A DNA stretch of 64,000 nt from Batkoa obscura (Eukaryota): positions 310,001 to 374,000 of the forward strand of contig JASVEC010000025.1 in NCBI GenBank assembly GCA_030770535.1, written 5' to 3'. The notes beneath the pieces are model-generated. The model was not told the origin of the DNA and made no database searches. It saw nothing but the letters and a program-made list of their open reading frames with translations. This document shows positions 38,836 to 51,061 of the stretch, one piece after another. Numbering within the stretch: position 1 is the stretch's first letter; each line of letters starts with the position of its first letter. The position numbers and the translations under genes were made by a program.

Positions 38836-39149
38836 GTGTATATTTCAAATTATACCTTATATTGGATACTTTCTAGTAATGACAAGTCTTATTTTATCAC
38901 TGTTAGAAGTTTTTGGATGTAAGCTACAATTTGAAAAAAATATACAGTTTCTCCTTATTTTAATAACAATACAAGATTTGCCTTAAATTAGGCATTCTTT
39001 TCCAAACAGAGTGAGTATTTAATTGAAAAACATTTGTATATAACTTAGCTTTACTTTAATAAAAAACTTTAAACATTTATATTTTTATCAATACTTATTT
39101 GATTTAATCAACTTATAGTACTATAAATAATTTGTACTATGAATTTATG

Positions 39150-39201
39150 TATTCAATATTAGATTTGTTTATTCAATATTAGATTTGTTTATTCAATATT
39201 A
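39150..39201. repeat. 20-bp tandem repeat (TATTCAATATTAGATTTGTT), about 2.6 units
   Basis: Read directly. Confidence 0.8.
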
Positions 39202-39599
39202 ATTTTCATTAAAAGCAAAATAATAAAATAATTCTATTAGAAAACGTAATAGTAAGAACTAGAAATTATAAAATAAATTATAATTTAAGAGCTTACAATA
39301 ATCACTTAATTAACCAATCCGACACTTATTATAAATATGATAATTTATGATACAATCTTATAGTAAAGTAAAATAAAATTTATTTAATAAAATAGCATAG
39401 GGAAATGACAACAGATACTACTTTTTTAAGTTGTCATACCACTAATATTAATAGTGTAGTTTTTTTATTTTAATACTTTTTCAACATGTAATTTTTGAAA
39501 TCCTTCATTTGGTAGGATTATGTTCACAATTTAGATAATATTTTGTATTTATTTGCTATAAAAAATATATACTATACATACCACGCTTTCATTAAGTAA

Positions 39600-40325
39600 T
39601 CATTTAACGGCTTTAGTCATAGATTGGCGGAAATCAATAGAGGTATCGATTGATGTAGTAGGTTTAGGACAAGTACTGACGGTGGTAGTCAAAGTTTTGG
39701 TATCAGTTTTGGTTTTAGTATCAGTCTTAGTTTGAGTTTGGGTCAAAGTCTTAGTATCAGTCTTAGTTTAAGTAAGGATTTTGGTATCAGTTTTAGTTAT
39801 GGTTTTAGTGGCTGGTGGGATAGTGTAAGTTGGAGTGGGGGTACATGGACTGACGCTGGTTACAGTAATAGTCTTGCTTACAGTAGTTGGGACAGTGACA
39901 GTAGTGATTTCAGGGTTAGCTACAGCTGTAGTAACAGTTGCAGTATCAGTTTAAGTCTTAGTGATAGTGTCATGAGCAGTTTCAGTGTTTATTACACTAA
40001 CTGTATCAGTCTCGGTTTCCGTTGCAGTGACTGTATCATGAACAGTTTCTTTTGAAGTAATAGTAGATGTAACTTCATTTGTAACAGTAGTGGGAACAGT
40101 AATTGTTACAGGAGTAGTTTCGGTTTTAGTTTCAGTTTTAGTTATTTCCTTAGTAGAAGTTAATGTAGTTAGTTTTGTAATAATTGAGGTAACTGTGGTC
40201 TGGCATCTTTGAAATATAGTTGCAGTAGCGGTTTGGTACTCAGTGATGGTAGGAACTAATGCAGCAGAAGTTGGAGAAATTCCAATGGCAATTAAGGCAA
40301 TTAAGCTATAAAAAAATTTCATCAT
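39600..40325 (-). pseudogene. Truncated paralog of the Thr-rich secreted protein
   Basis: Same signal peptide; CAA>TAA at 39951-39953; internal deletion between TVTVPTT repeats; frame continues to TGA at 39600. Confidence 0.8.
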
Positions 40326-41146
40326 ATTAGATTTATATTAAAAGAATGAATTAAGTAGCTAGGTCGATACAAAGGTTTATTCGTTCGAAATTCGTCCTTT
40401 ATAAACTTTTTAAATTTTATATTAATTAGTAAAAAATAGATAATATGGGGATGATGGATCAATTTAAACCAAACATAGTGAAATGGTTGGTGCTTATAGA
40501 TGTTCTTTGTCGTGATCTATTTACTAGTGCAAGAACTGATATAAAAGCCTTGCATAATGTTTAAATTACTTTAAAGTTCATTAACCAATTTAAAATTATT
40601 TATCTCGAAAAGAGTTATAAAGTGATTTCTATTATTATATTTATAATATTATGTTTACCTAAAGTTCAATGCAGTTTTTTATAACAATAAATGATACTAA
40701 TTTTTACAAGTTAGATAAGTATAAGATATTTTTGATACTTTTAGGTTTCAAGAACAAATGACTAAATTGTTTAAAGAGCCAAATAACCGTCGGAATCCCC
40801 TTTCTTTAAAAGCTCAATCACGAAAAAGTGGTTAATGAATAACTTTAGAAGTAGACTCCTGTTTTCTTAAATATGGCGCTAACCTTTGTTTTTGAGAACT
40901 ACCAAAGTATATTATTTTAAAGCAAAAAGATAATACTGCACCACTCACATATTACGAATAGTTACATTAAACGCATAATACAACTATAACAATTATTTCC
41001 ACTTGGTATTTCCTATCTCCGATTCACTTTAAATGAATTCAAACCGGAGTTCTAATTTAGCGTATTAAGTTTTAGTAAGTTTTGAAAATGAATGAGTTTA
41101 AAATATTTACATAATTGTAAATAAAGTTTTTTAACTTGATTTGAGT

Positions 41147-41414
41147 GTTTTTAAAAACATAAAGTCCAAAATTTTTGTGATTTTATTTCAGAATTGGCTG
41201 CATATATGTGAAGATATTTAACTGAGACAGAGTATAGTCAAACAAAGGGCGACGTTTGTTGAAGGCAGTGAATTCGTCCAGCATTGGACGGATAATACTT
41301 CAAGGAAAGTGGGTATCATGATGTATAAGGCTGAATCATTGGAGTTGGTCGATTTGGGTAGATAGAATTGAGTTTCGTGAGTCCTAAAGCTGATATAATT
41401 TGGGGACAAACGAG
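41147..41414 (-). mobile_element. 5'-truncated non-LTR retrotransposon (LINE ORF2 C-terminus) fragment
   Basis: Absent from duplicate A; 11-bp direct repeats TTGATTT(G/A)AGT; minus-strand frame LYQL*DSRN... resembles the W..RN motif. Confidence 0.6.
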
Positions 41415-41901
41415 TTGATTTAAGTTAAAATTACAAAATTATATGGCTAGTTTCAAAAGTGGCCAAGAAAGTGGTTATTTTAATGTTTATATAGAGTTTA
41501 GAAATTTCATAAAAATAATGCGATAAGAAAATTGAACCTCAATTATAGACTGATCCAAAAGTAAGGTATAAAATATAAAGCTTATAATAATCTAAGATTT
41601 GAGTATTTTATTTTTTTGAATTTTCTCTTATTATGATATTTATAAAATGATTAGATGGTTTTTCCGGTAAAAGTTATACATATAGTGGTTCAGATTAATT
41701 AGTCCAAAAATAACATGAAGTAAAATAAGTTAAGTTAGTATTTATTTAAGAATTATGTAACAAACAAATAAATGAGCAATAAATAATATAATGAGCATGT
41801 ATCTGAAGTAATAATATTATTTTAGTAAAATTTAAATTTTTTTAAATTAGTTTCCAAAAGTCTAAGGAAATTCGAACTTTTTAAAAATAATATGAGAATG
41901 T

Positions 41902-42002
41902 GAGGATATATTTTTTTGTTTAAGAATTTTATTACCAATTTTTCCGCTTAAATAGCGCTTAAAAGATGAAAAAAGTGATGAAGCCAAAAAAAACACCCCC
42001 CC
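41902..42002 (+). mobile_element. Mini-MITE family A, copy 10
   Basis: GAGGATATATTTT...AAACACCCCCCC. Confidence 0.85.
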
Positions 42003-42853
42003 TATATAGTTTAAATATAATTAAAGGTTCTAAAAGCTACACCTTAAATTGTTTTCTTTTTTCTTTTTTTTTCGTAGTAGACATTTCTTCGATTTAAACT
42101 ATTTAACTATCGAAAAGCTTTATAGAGTTAGAAATTTGATATACACTATTATCTCTAAACAATAATGTAATATTACTAAGTATTGATATATTTTTTTGCC
42201 TATACTAAGAATGTTTTTGATAAAACTTATAAAGATTCATAAATTGCTCTTTAATAAATTATTTTATTAAAATAAAAACTTTATAACATTTTTAATGTAA
42301 ATTTTTAGAAATTATATTTTAAAAATTTGATAATAATTTAATTTAAAGTTTTGTTTAATTGTTATTCTAAATACTTAAATAATTTATAGTAAATTGCTTT
42401 TATTACTTTTTTTTTTATTAAACCTAATCTATTTTTTAAAATATAATATAAAGATACTCAATTTAAATAATAATAAAAACGAAGTTCTACTTATAATCTG
42501 TCCAAACCTAATACCTATTTATTTGACCAGAGCTACTTCCTAAAACTTAATACCTAATACTAAGCTTTACATTTCCATTTAATCCTCAACTTTCCTCACT
42601 CTATATCACTTTATCTTTCAAAAATAAACCATTTAAAGATTTAGTTCTTTCAAGTGTATTTTTATTAAAAGGAAAGCAAAACCTATTTTATTATAAAATA
42701 AACATAAAAAATATACTAAATCGTATAATAACCAATATATTAGGAAAAGCTATATGAATATCGTCATTTATTTAGATACATTACAAAGTAAATACCATAT
42801 TATTTCATAAAAACTTTATTACCCTAAAATAAATAATACAAAACCGTTAATGG

Positions 42854-44142
42854 TTACACATCTATCACATGAAATTTCTGTTTCCTCTTTTTCCTAGCAT
42901 TCTGAATGAGAGTTCGGAACTGATCTTTATATTTATTTTGTAAAAACAAATTAGTTAAGGGAAAAAAATATAGAAACTTCAAAAACTATAAATAGCTTTA
43001 AAAAAAGGATATGATGTTTAATACAATCCACTTCATTTAAAATCGTTAATCTATTTTCATTCTTTTGTATCTTTTCCCAACTTTCCAACTCTTTAAGTAA
43101 AGTAGATAAAGGCTTTGGATTTAATACATCCAAATTAGAATTATATAAATTCGTAAAATGGGTATGTCTTTTCTGTAATGCACTTCTATCCCCTTTAGCA
43201 CTCAATTCATATTTCTAAATCACTTAATACCAGTAAAGTGTACACAATTATCTTTTTACCTTTAATAAATCTTTTAATTGTTTATCCGTCATTAAGTTGT
43301 ACGCTACTTTCGGCAAATATCTAATTGCAAAAAAGTATGGAGATAAATTTATTTTAACTCGATTTCATAGCTTATTACTTAGACCTATCTATTATTGGTT
43401 CTTCGATAGGCACTTCATTATCCAATGGTATTCCATCACTGTCATCAAAAAAACAATTGCTCATGTGACTTTCTAAACCTTCTTTTGTATCGTAAATCAA
43501 ATTACATATCGGGCAAGGATGAAATTCACCTTCCACTTTTTACCCTTTTTAAACATTAGTACAAAATAGATTTAAAAACATATTACCTAATTTATTATTT
43601 GTATCAGCTTCATTCTCAGTTATCAATTTACCATTTGATTCCTCCATAATCCTACCATTTTGTCCGCTCTCTTAAATAAAAAATCAACCAAATTGTTTAC
43701 TTAATCAATATATCAGTACCTATCTTTTTACTCGATTCAACTATTTGGAAATCACTATCATCCTTTTTCGCCCCATTGATCAACTTACTTCTAAAATATT
43801 TATAAATATAAAATAATAACCTGAACGTTACAATACTTACTTTAAACTTTTTAGCCTTAAAGCAATAGCATCAAGCTGAACAACCCTCCTTAGATCATTT
43901 TCGTTAGATGGTGTTGTACATTGGGGACAGAACTTCTTCACTTGTTGATTAGAAAAAGAAACTCTAATACATAATGAACAAAAGGTATGACCACAAAGCA
44001 ATGTGGCTGGGCCATTATAAATCTCTTTACATATTGGACAGTATAAGTAATCTTCAAGTTCTTTCAAATAGGAGTATTCTGATGGCCAATCTCGTTCTTT
44101 CTCTATTGATGATATTTTGTTATTCGTTAAGTATTTATCCAT
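42854..44142 (-). CDS. RAD18: Post-replication repair E3 ubiquitin ligase Rad18, multi-exon, last intron U12-type
   Basis: RING (CPICKE..CGHTFCSLCIR..CPQC), UBZ (CPIC...HMSNC), LPKVAY/SAP region, YNSNLD...P and C-terminal KYKDQFRTLIQNAR. Confidence 0.92.
42940..43012 (-). other. U12-type (minor spliceosome) AT-AC intron, 73 nt
   Basis: 5' ATATCCTTT; branch TTTCCCTTAAC about 15 nt before the 3' AC; splicing gives in-frame KH-Q-NKYKDQF. Confidence 0.88.
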
Positions 44143-45709
44143 CCAATTTTGAAATTTTTTAGTTTAAGAAATGAAGTCTTTTTTTTTTCAAATTGTCCTT
44201 ATAAGTCAAGTGATTGGTTTGACTTTCAGGCACCCATAATAAATTAAGTATATTTGCAATTATTTTTTTGATTTGACTGTATAGCTATAATTATTATCAA
44301 AAGTAAATAAAAGAAAATATCCTTTTAAGTAATAAAACAGCTATTAAGAGAATCTTATGGGCCCTGAAACAGTATTTTCTTAGTGATTTACATGATTTTT
44401 ATTGTTTTTACAAAATCAACCTCAACAATGGAGCAAATTGTGCTAATTTTATTCAAAAGATGAGTTAATGTAATTTAAACTTTGTTAAGTTTTGTTAAAA
44501 GTTGATCTATAAGTTTAAAAAATCAATAAAATTGTTTGAAGTATTCAATCAATTTGAAAAAGAGGTATTGTTCAAAATAGTTTGAAAAAAAAAGATAAAG
44601 ATAACTTTGAGTAAGATTTTTATTAACCTAACTGTAGCAAGGAGATTGAAGTTTTGGCTAGGTACGGTAATAAGGAACATATTCAATACGAATTTGAAAG
44701 GGGCTTACTAAAATGTGGGAGGCTATTGATGAAGTTATGCTTTATAATAAAGGTATTATGGAGATTTTATTAGAGAACAATGGGTTGATTACAACGGTTC
44801 TGAAAATGGGTTCGAATTAATAATAGCAATTTTTTAAAATCAAGTCACAATCATTATTTGAGTTTTATTGTTAAATATTAAAAAGAATGAGATGAAAGTA
44901 TTTGTTTATTTATATTAATTTTTGGCTGCTGGGACAAGAACATAGATAAACAGTACTAATAAAGCCTACAATAATCAAGTATCATAAAGTTAAAATCAAG
45001 AATAAATAATATTATGTTTTAAATAATAAACTTATTTGTTTAAGAGTCAATTTTCAACAATGAGTTTAACCAATTTAATATAAACTTGATTATACGATAT
45101 CAATGGTTAAACTTTTATAAAAGAATATCAAAAAATGTAATAGCGTTACTTATTAATTAATAAGTTTTTAATTATTTCAAAGTAAATTATTTGTCCACTT
45201 TATTGATTTTAATAGTTTTTATCAAGTCTTTCCTAATTGTTATTTTTTATTGTATTATGACAATAATTAAGCTTAACTAATTTTTAGAAAACCACTCCAG
45301 TATTAAACCCATATTATTACACCGACATTAATATGTAAAATGTTCATCAATTTTACTATTAAAGTTTAGCTTGTCTGATAAAGAACTCAATATCATTTCT
45401 CCGTCTTGTGAAATTAAATATAAAAAACTCATCTTTTAAAAATCCATCATAAGAGCATATTACTAAATTAATCTATACCTTAATAAAAATTACATTGAAC
45501 TATGTAACCACAATCAGTAATATAACTTAAATCATATGAATATATATTATATCATACGTTGGCTTGAGACTATAAATACGCTGCTTTTTCTCATTAAACA
45601 AAATATCACAAATAATTTCAAATCTACAGTATTAATTTTTATTGCTACTTTAATTAGTTATAATTTAGTATATTTTTTTATACCTACTATCAGTCTAATC
45701 GATCACAAA

Positions 45710-46227
45710 ATGAAATGATCTTTTTTTGCATTAGGATTAATAAATCTAATTGCTTTAACAGACTTAGTAATATCAGATAGATGGAAGGCCGATTGTGTTC
45801 CTGGGTTGAAATTTCAAGATAAAGCTACTTGTTATGGTAGTATAAAAAGTCCCTCTGGAGATACAGCTAAAAGTACATGTTATTTTCAAAAACAATTTTG
45901 GAATTTCAATGACAAACGTTTTGATCTAAAAGTAATTTCTTCTCAAGGTGGATATCAATTTGAACTTAAAGAATGTACCAAAGATAAAATGGCAATTCAA
46001 ATGTATGGTCCGGAAGGAAAAGAATGGACTTCTCATGAATTTAAAACCAATTATATTACTGAAAATAAGAGAAGTATTAACTGTTGTTGGTGCTAGAAAC
46101 TTAAGTCAGTTTTTATCATTTTAATGTAAAAAAAGAAAGCAACGTTAAAAGACACAAAGAGAACTCATTTGGATTAGGCTTTAAAAATTGTAAAGCAAAT
46201 GAAGAGTTTGATGTATATGTTGAATAA
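45710..46227 (+). pseudogene. Small secreted Cys-containing protein with TGA at codon 3 and a disrupted 3' end
   Basis: ATG 45710 MK*SFFALGLINLIALTDLVIS is in frame with ORF 45806-46096; frame-shifted tail ...FGLGFKNCKANEEFDVYVE*. Confidence 0.6.
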
Positions 46228-46679
46228 GTTTATTACTACTTTATAATTTTTTACTTTATAGTCTATTTATATTTTGAAACCCATATTATTGTTTTTAACT
46301 TTTATATGATTTTATTGATAATAAATCTTGATTTCCTTTTTATAAAGTACTGAAATAGCTTTTATAATATCAAATATAATAAAGGAAGCTATAGTCTCAT
46401 AATCGATTTATACTAATATTAGAATCAATTAAACATATAAAATAGCGATACTTAATTTAATAATAGCTTAAAATTCAATAAACTCTGAAAAAGTAGGTGA
46501 TTATAAAAGAATTGAACATTATTAACAGTTCCTAGGATAACAAAAGTAAGAGTACATTGACTCAATAACAGTTTTATTACATATCAGTAGTTTGACTTTT
46601 GATCTTTTAATGTTGCTTTCTTTTTTTACATTAAAATGATAAAAACTGACTTAAGTTTCTAACACCAACAACAGTTAAT
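46076..46679. repeat. 77-bp inverted repeat pair (46076-46152 and 46603-46679)
   Basis: Arms are reverse complements with 2 mismatches; TTAA at both outer ends. Confidence 0.85.
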
Positions 46680-47648
46680 TTTTTTAATTAGAATATCTTT
46701 GTCAATACTATAATCAAGTTTTTGATTAGTAAATCCATTTTAAACATTAGCAACTTTAATATAAAAATTAAAGATTAAGGAATGTTTTATATACGAATAG
46801 AAATAAGATTGAAATTATAATAAATATAAACTGTGAAGATTTTAATATTCTTATTTAATAAACAATTTATTAAAAACTCAAGTTTGTAATTTTTAATAAC
46901 ATTCTCTTAACTTGATATCAGATATTGAAATATCAGGGAGAATAATTTTTTAATAAGTAGAAGATTATTATCATTTCTCTGTACTCATTACATCAACAAT
47001 ACCTATCCCATTTTTCTACTCAGTTCCATATCTCAAAAAAAATGGGACAAAATTAACCATGTTTTCCACCAATCAAAACGGTTTAAACTTAACACTACCA
47101 CTTAAATCTCATAGAATTAATATTTCACCACCTATAAATTGGCAATTTATCAATTTTTATAAAATTAGCTTTTTTTCCAACTTTTTTATTAAAGTTAAGG
47201 ATTAATGGCATATGGTCAAACTCGCATTAGGTAGTAACATACCTATTTGACAAAATTATATACTTGATTTGGGACTGAGTTGATGCTCCGGTGAGTACTG
47301 CTCTTGTAAAAAAACCCCTACCCACTAATTTTTTTTAATAATTTATTGAAATCCTTATGCTAATAAAAACTACATTCTTGATTTAAATTTAACATTATTG
47401 TTTTTGATTGTTTAATAAATTAGAAATACAATAAAATTAATTAAAGAAAGAACTAACAATATAACATAATTTGTTTTTTATTAAATTTGATAAGTTTAAT
47501 AAATAGTACTAAATAAAAATATGACAGATCTTGATTTCAAGATGAACTCAAAATTTATTTTAAAATATTATTACTATTTGAATAATAAAAATAGATAAAA
47601 GATAAGATCAAAAATTAGCAACAAGATACTTTTTTTATTCGATTTAAC

Positions 47649-48326
47649 TTAAAGATTTTGTTTAATACTATCCAGATATTTTTTTAATTCTTCTTGATCC
47701 GGTTGTTGAGCAGGCCATTGAATACCAAGTCCTTGTTCCATATCAGGTTTTGGAATAAGATGGAAATGAACGTGAGGGACAACCTAATAATAAAATAATG
47801 AATATTTTGATTCAATTAAAGTTAAAAATAAAATTTACTTGATGTGCAATTTTACCATTATTCTAAATTAGAAAATTAATTCCATGAGTTAACAACTTAA
47901 ATGAGAGTTATGAAGTTACCTGTAAAATATTATAGAACTCAAAGTTGGAAGCTAAGGCTACTTTTTTGGCTAATGGTAATAAATCGGCTAAGTATTCATC
48001 GGGTAATTGATGCATAAATTCGGCATGATCTGAATTATGGTTAATGAATTAATTTTTATAATAAAAGTTCATTTTACATTTTGGTATAACTAACTAAATC
48101 AATGAATTAATAATCTAAAATAAGATTAAAATAAAAATAAACACTTACAGCATGACCTTTAGATAATGGACCAATATCTAAGAAAGCATAACTAAAATTG
48201 AATAATAAGGAATCTAATAATTCAAATAGATTAATTGATTTAAATTTACCTCTTTTCTGATTCAATAATTTTATAAGATGGGATTTTACCCTCAATAATT
48301 TTACAAAATATACAACTGGAGTCCAT
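47649..48326 (-). CDS. HNT1: HIT-family adenosine monophosphoramidase, 6 exons (possible upstream ATG at 48353)
   Basis: CIFCKII.GKIPS, AFLDIGPLSKGHALVIPK and QNNGKIAHQVVPHVHFHLIPK (HxHxH). Confidence 0.93.
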
Positions 48327-48585
48327 GATTTTTTTAACAATTTTAGAGCTCATAAATCAATTAAAAAAATACTTATCAATTTATTCCTTATTTTTTATTT
48401 TTTTTGCAACGTCATTAAAAATTATGCATTATCATCTACCAATGAATGAGTTGAGATGTTAAGAACTTAGAATTTTAATTCAATTAAAATAAGCGTGATT
48501 CATAATAGGTCATCTAGACATTAATTTTTTATAGTATATAAACATTCATAAGTAAAATGAATGAGTTTGATATTGAATATTTCAA

Positions 48586-49655
48586 ATGAGTGAACAAAAG
48601 AGAATGGTAATTCCATAAAAATGTCATGATAAAACTAAATATTAACCTAATTTCATTAGAACCCGTTAAAGTCATTAACAGCAGGTATGATAGCAGGCTC
48701 CATAGAAGCCACTATAACTTATCCCACAGAATATGTCAAAACACAACTACAATTACCTGATAGTAATAAAGTAAGTTAATGATTAATTTTCACACTCATA
48801 CGACTATAACCAATTAATAAAATTAGTTATTCACTGGTCCTATCGATTGTTTAAAAAAAACAATCACAGAAAAAGGGATACGAACTTTGTACTCTGGATT
48901 AAGTCCTATGATTCTAGGAACAGCAGCTAAAGCAGGGATTCGATTTGTGGTTTATGATAGTATCAAAGATCAATTAAGAAATAAAAATGGTAGTTTATCC
49001 TTCGGTAATACAGTGTTGGCTGGTTTAGTGGCTGGATTATCAGAAGCGTTTTTAGTGGTTACACCGGCTGAAACTATTAAAACTAAGTTGATTCAAGATC
49101 AAAATAATAAAATTAAACAATATAACGGAATGATTCATGGTAAATAATCGAATATTAATTTATTTAAAGATAGTTTAATTTTAATTTTATATTATATTCC
49201 ATTAATTATTTATTTTAGGCGTTAAAAGTATTATTAAAAGTGAAGGTTTAATAGGAATTTATCGAGGGGTAGTACCAGTAATGTTAAGACAAGGAAGTAA
49301 CAGTGCAATAAGATTAACTAGTTATCAAATATTAAAAGATTATTGTTATAAACATTCCCTTGGTATATCTAAAGATGAAAAAAATTTAACAATAATAACT
49401 ACCTTTTTATTGGGTATGATAGCAGGTACCATTACTGTTTATACTACTATGCCAATTGATAATGTTAAAACTAAAATGCAAAGTAAAGAAGCTAGTTTAA
49501 AATATAAAAATTCATATGATTGTTTAATACGAACAGTGAAAGAAACAGGGATACTTTCTTTATGGAATGGAGCTACTCCTAGATTAGGTAGATTATTATT
49601 ATCTGGTGGTATTGTATTTTCAGTATATGAACAAGTTATTAAATTTTTAAATTAA
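48586..49655 (+). CDS. CTP1: Mitochondrial citrate (tricarboxylate) carrier, 4 exons
   Basis: [40 protein letters not shown] and [15 protein letters not shown]. Confidence 0.9.
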
Positions 49656-49659
49656 CAAA

Positions 49660-49765
49660 AATAAATAAAATAAATAAAATAAAATAAAATAAAATAAAAT
49701 AAAATAAAATAAAATAAAATAAAATAAAATAAAATAAAATAAAATAAAATAAAATAAATAAAATA
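49660..49765. repeat. (AAAAT)n microsatellite between convergent genes
   Basis: About 20 tandem units. Confidence 0.92.
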
Positions 49766-49816
49766 ATATATTAATAATAATATATATAATATATATATTA
49801 ATACAATATTTTTATT

Positions 49817-51061
49817 CTAATAATCCTCATTAGATAAAAGATCTAAATGATTCATACCATATCTAAAAAATTGAAAAAGGATTATAGCGTCCATAAATAA
49901 ACCCATAACAGCGCCTAAGATCCAAGGTAGATTTAATCTCAAATATTGAGATTCCATAGAATAACTAAAGATAGCAGCAAGATAAAATAAGTTACCTAAA
50001 ATAGATATTAAAAACATAAAAAAAGATAAACCTTCAATTGATTTTCTTTGATAATTTTTATAAACTTGAGGTAATCTACCAATTAAAAAGATTATTGAAG
50101 AAATCCATCCTAATGTTTGATACATGGGTATCAAAGGTAATTGAATTCTGTTTATATTAATATTTAGTATTAATATAAATAATGAAATAATTATTATTAA
50201 GTAAATTAATTTAGCATATTTACTTTCGTTTTCTGTTGGTAAGGGTTTAATTGGTGGATAAGAATAAGAACTTTTAATTGATAATGGTCTTATCCTTTGC
50301 ATAATACTGGATCTTTTGCTTCTAATTGAATCTGTATATTGTTGATTATTATTATTATTATTATTATTATTAATTGAATGATAACTTGTTTGTGACATAT
50401 AAGATAATGGTCGATTATAAGATAATGGTCGACTACTTGAATCAATATAACTACTTGTATTACCATAATAATGAGGGTCATTTAAACTATTATTATTATT
50501 GTTATTATTATTGTTATCGAAATCTTGATTATAATTAGCTAAATTAGCATTAGCCGGTAAATCATTTTCTATGATAGGTTCATATTCTGGAAATAAAATA
50601 CTATTTCTATCACTTTCTTTAATCTTCCATTGAATATTAATATGATTGTTACTATGATAATAATAAATTTGTAATAATAAAATGTTGCCTAAGATAGCTA
50701 AATAACCAGTGACTAATATCGTACTTAAAATTAAATTGCCCCAGATGGCTCCAATACAACTTATTAAATTTCCTATATTAAGTTGAATTTTAAATGTTAA
50801 TTTATTTTCTTATTATTTTCTTATTATTTTCTTATTTACCTATCATACATAAAAATACATAAGCTGGAGATAAGGAAGATGCATTTTTTAATTTATAATT
50901 GGTATATATTTGACTATAAAAATCGAAAATTTATAAATTAAATGTTGAATATATTCAATAAATAATACTTACGGTGTCATTACAATAAACCAACAAAATA
51001 AACCGAAATAACCAAATAAATCAGATAATTCTTTATTAGTCATTTGCATTTCTACTATCAT
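49817..51061 (-). CDS. PQ-loop vacuolar cationic amino-acid transporter (Ypq1/PQLC2-like), 3 exons
   Basis: Two PQ motifs (VMTPQIY.NY; GRLPQVYKNYQRKSIEGLS), NLPWILG and poly-Asn loops. Confidence 0.88.

Noticed and set aside
36015..40055. Plus-strand ORFs 36015-36353, 36223-36414, 36472-36732 and 39732-40055
   Set aside because: Antisense shadows of the repetitive Thr-rich genes
44400..44840. Possible decayed gene (…GDFIREQWVDYNGSENGFELII…)
   Set aside because: Many stops and no recognisable homology; cannot support a call
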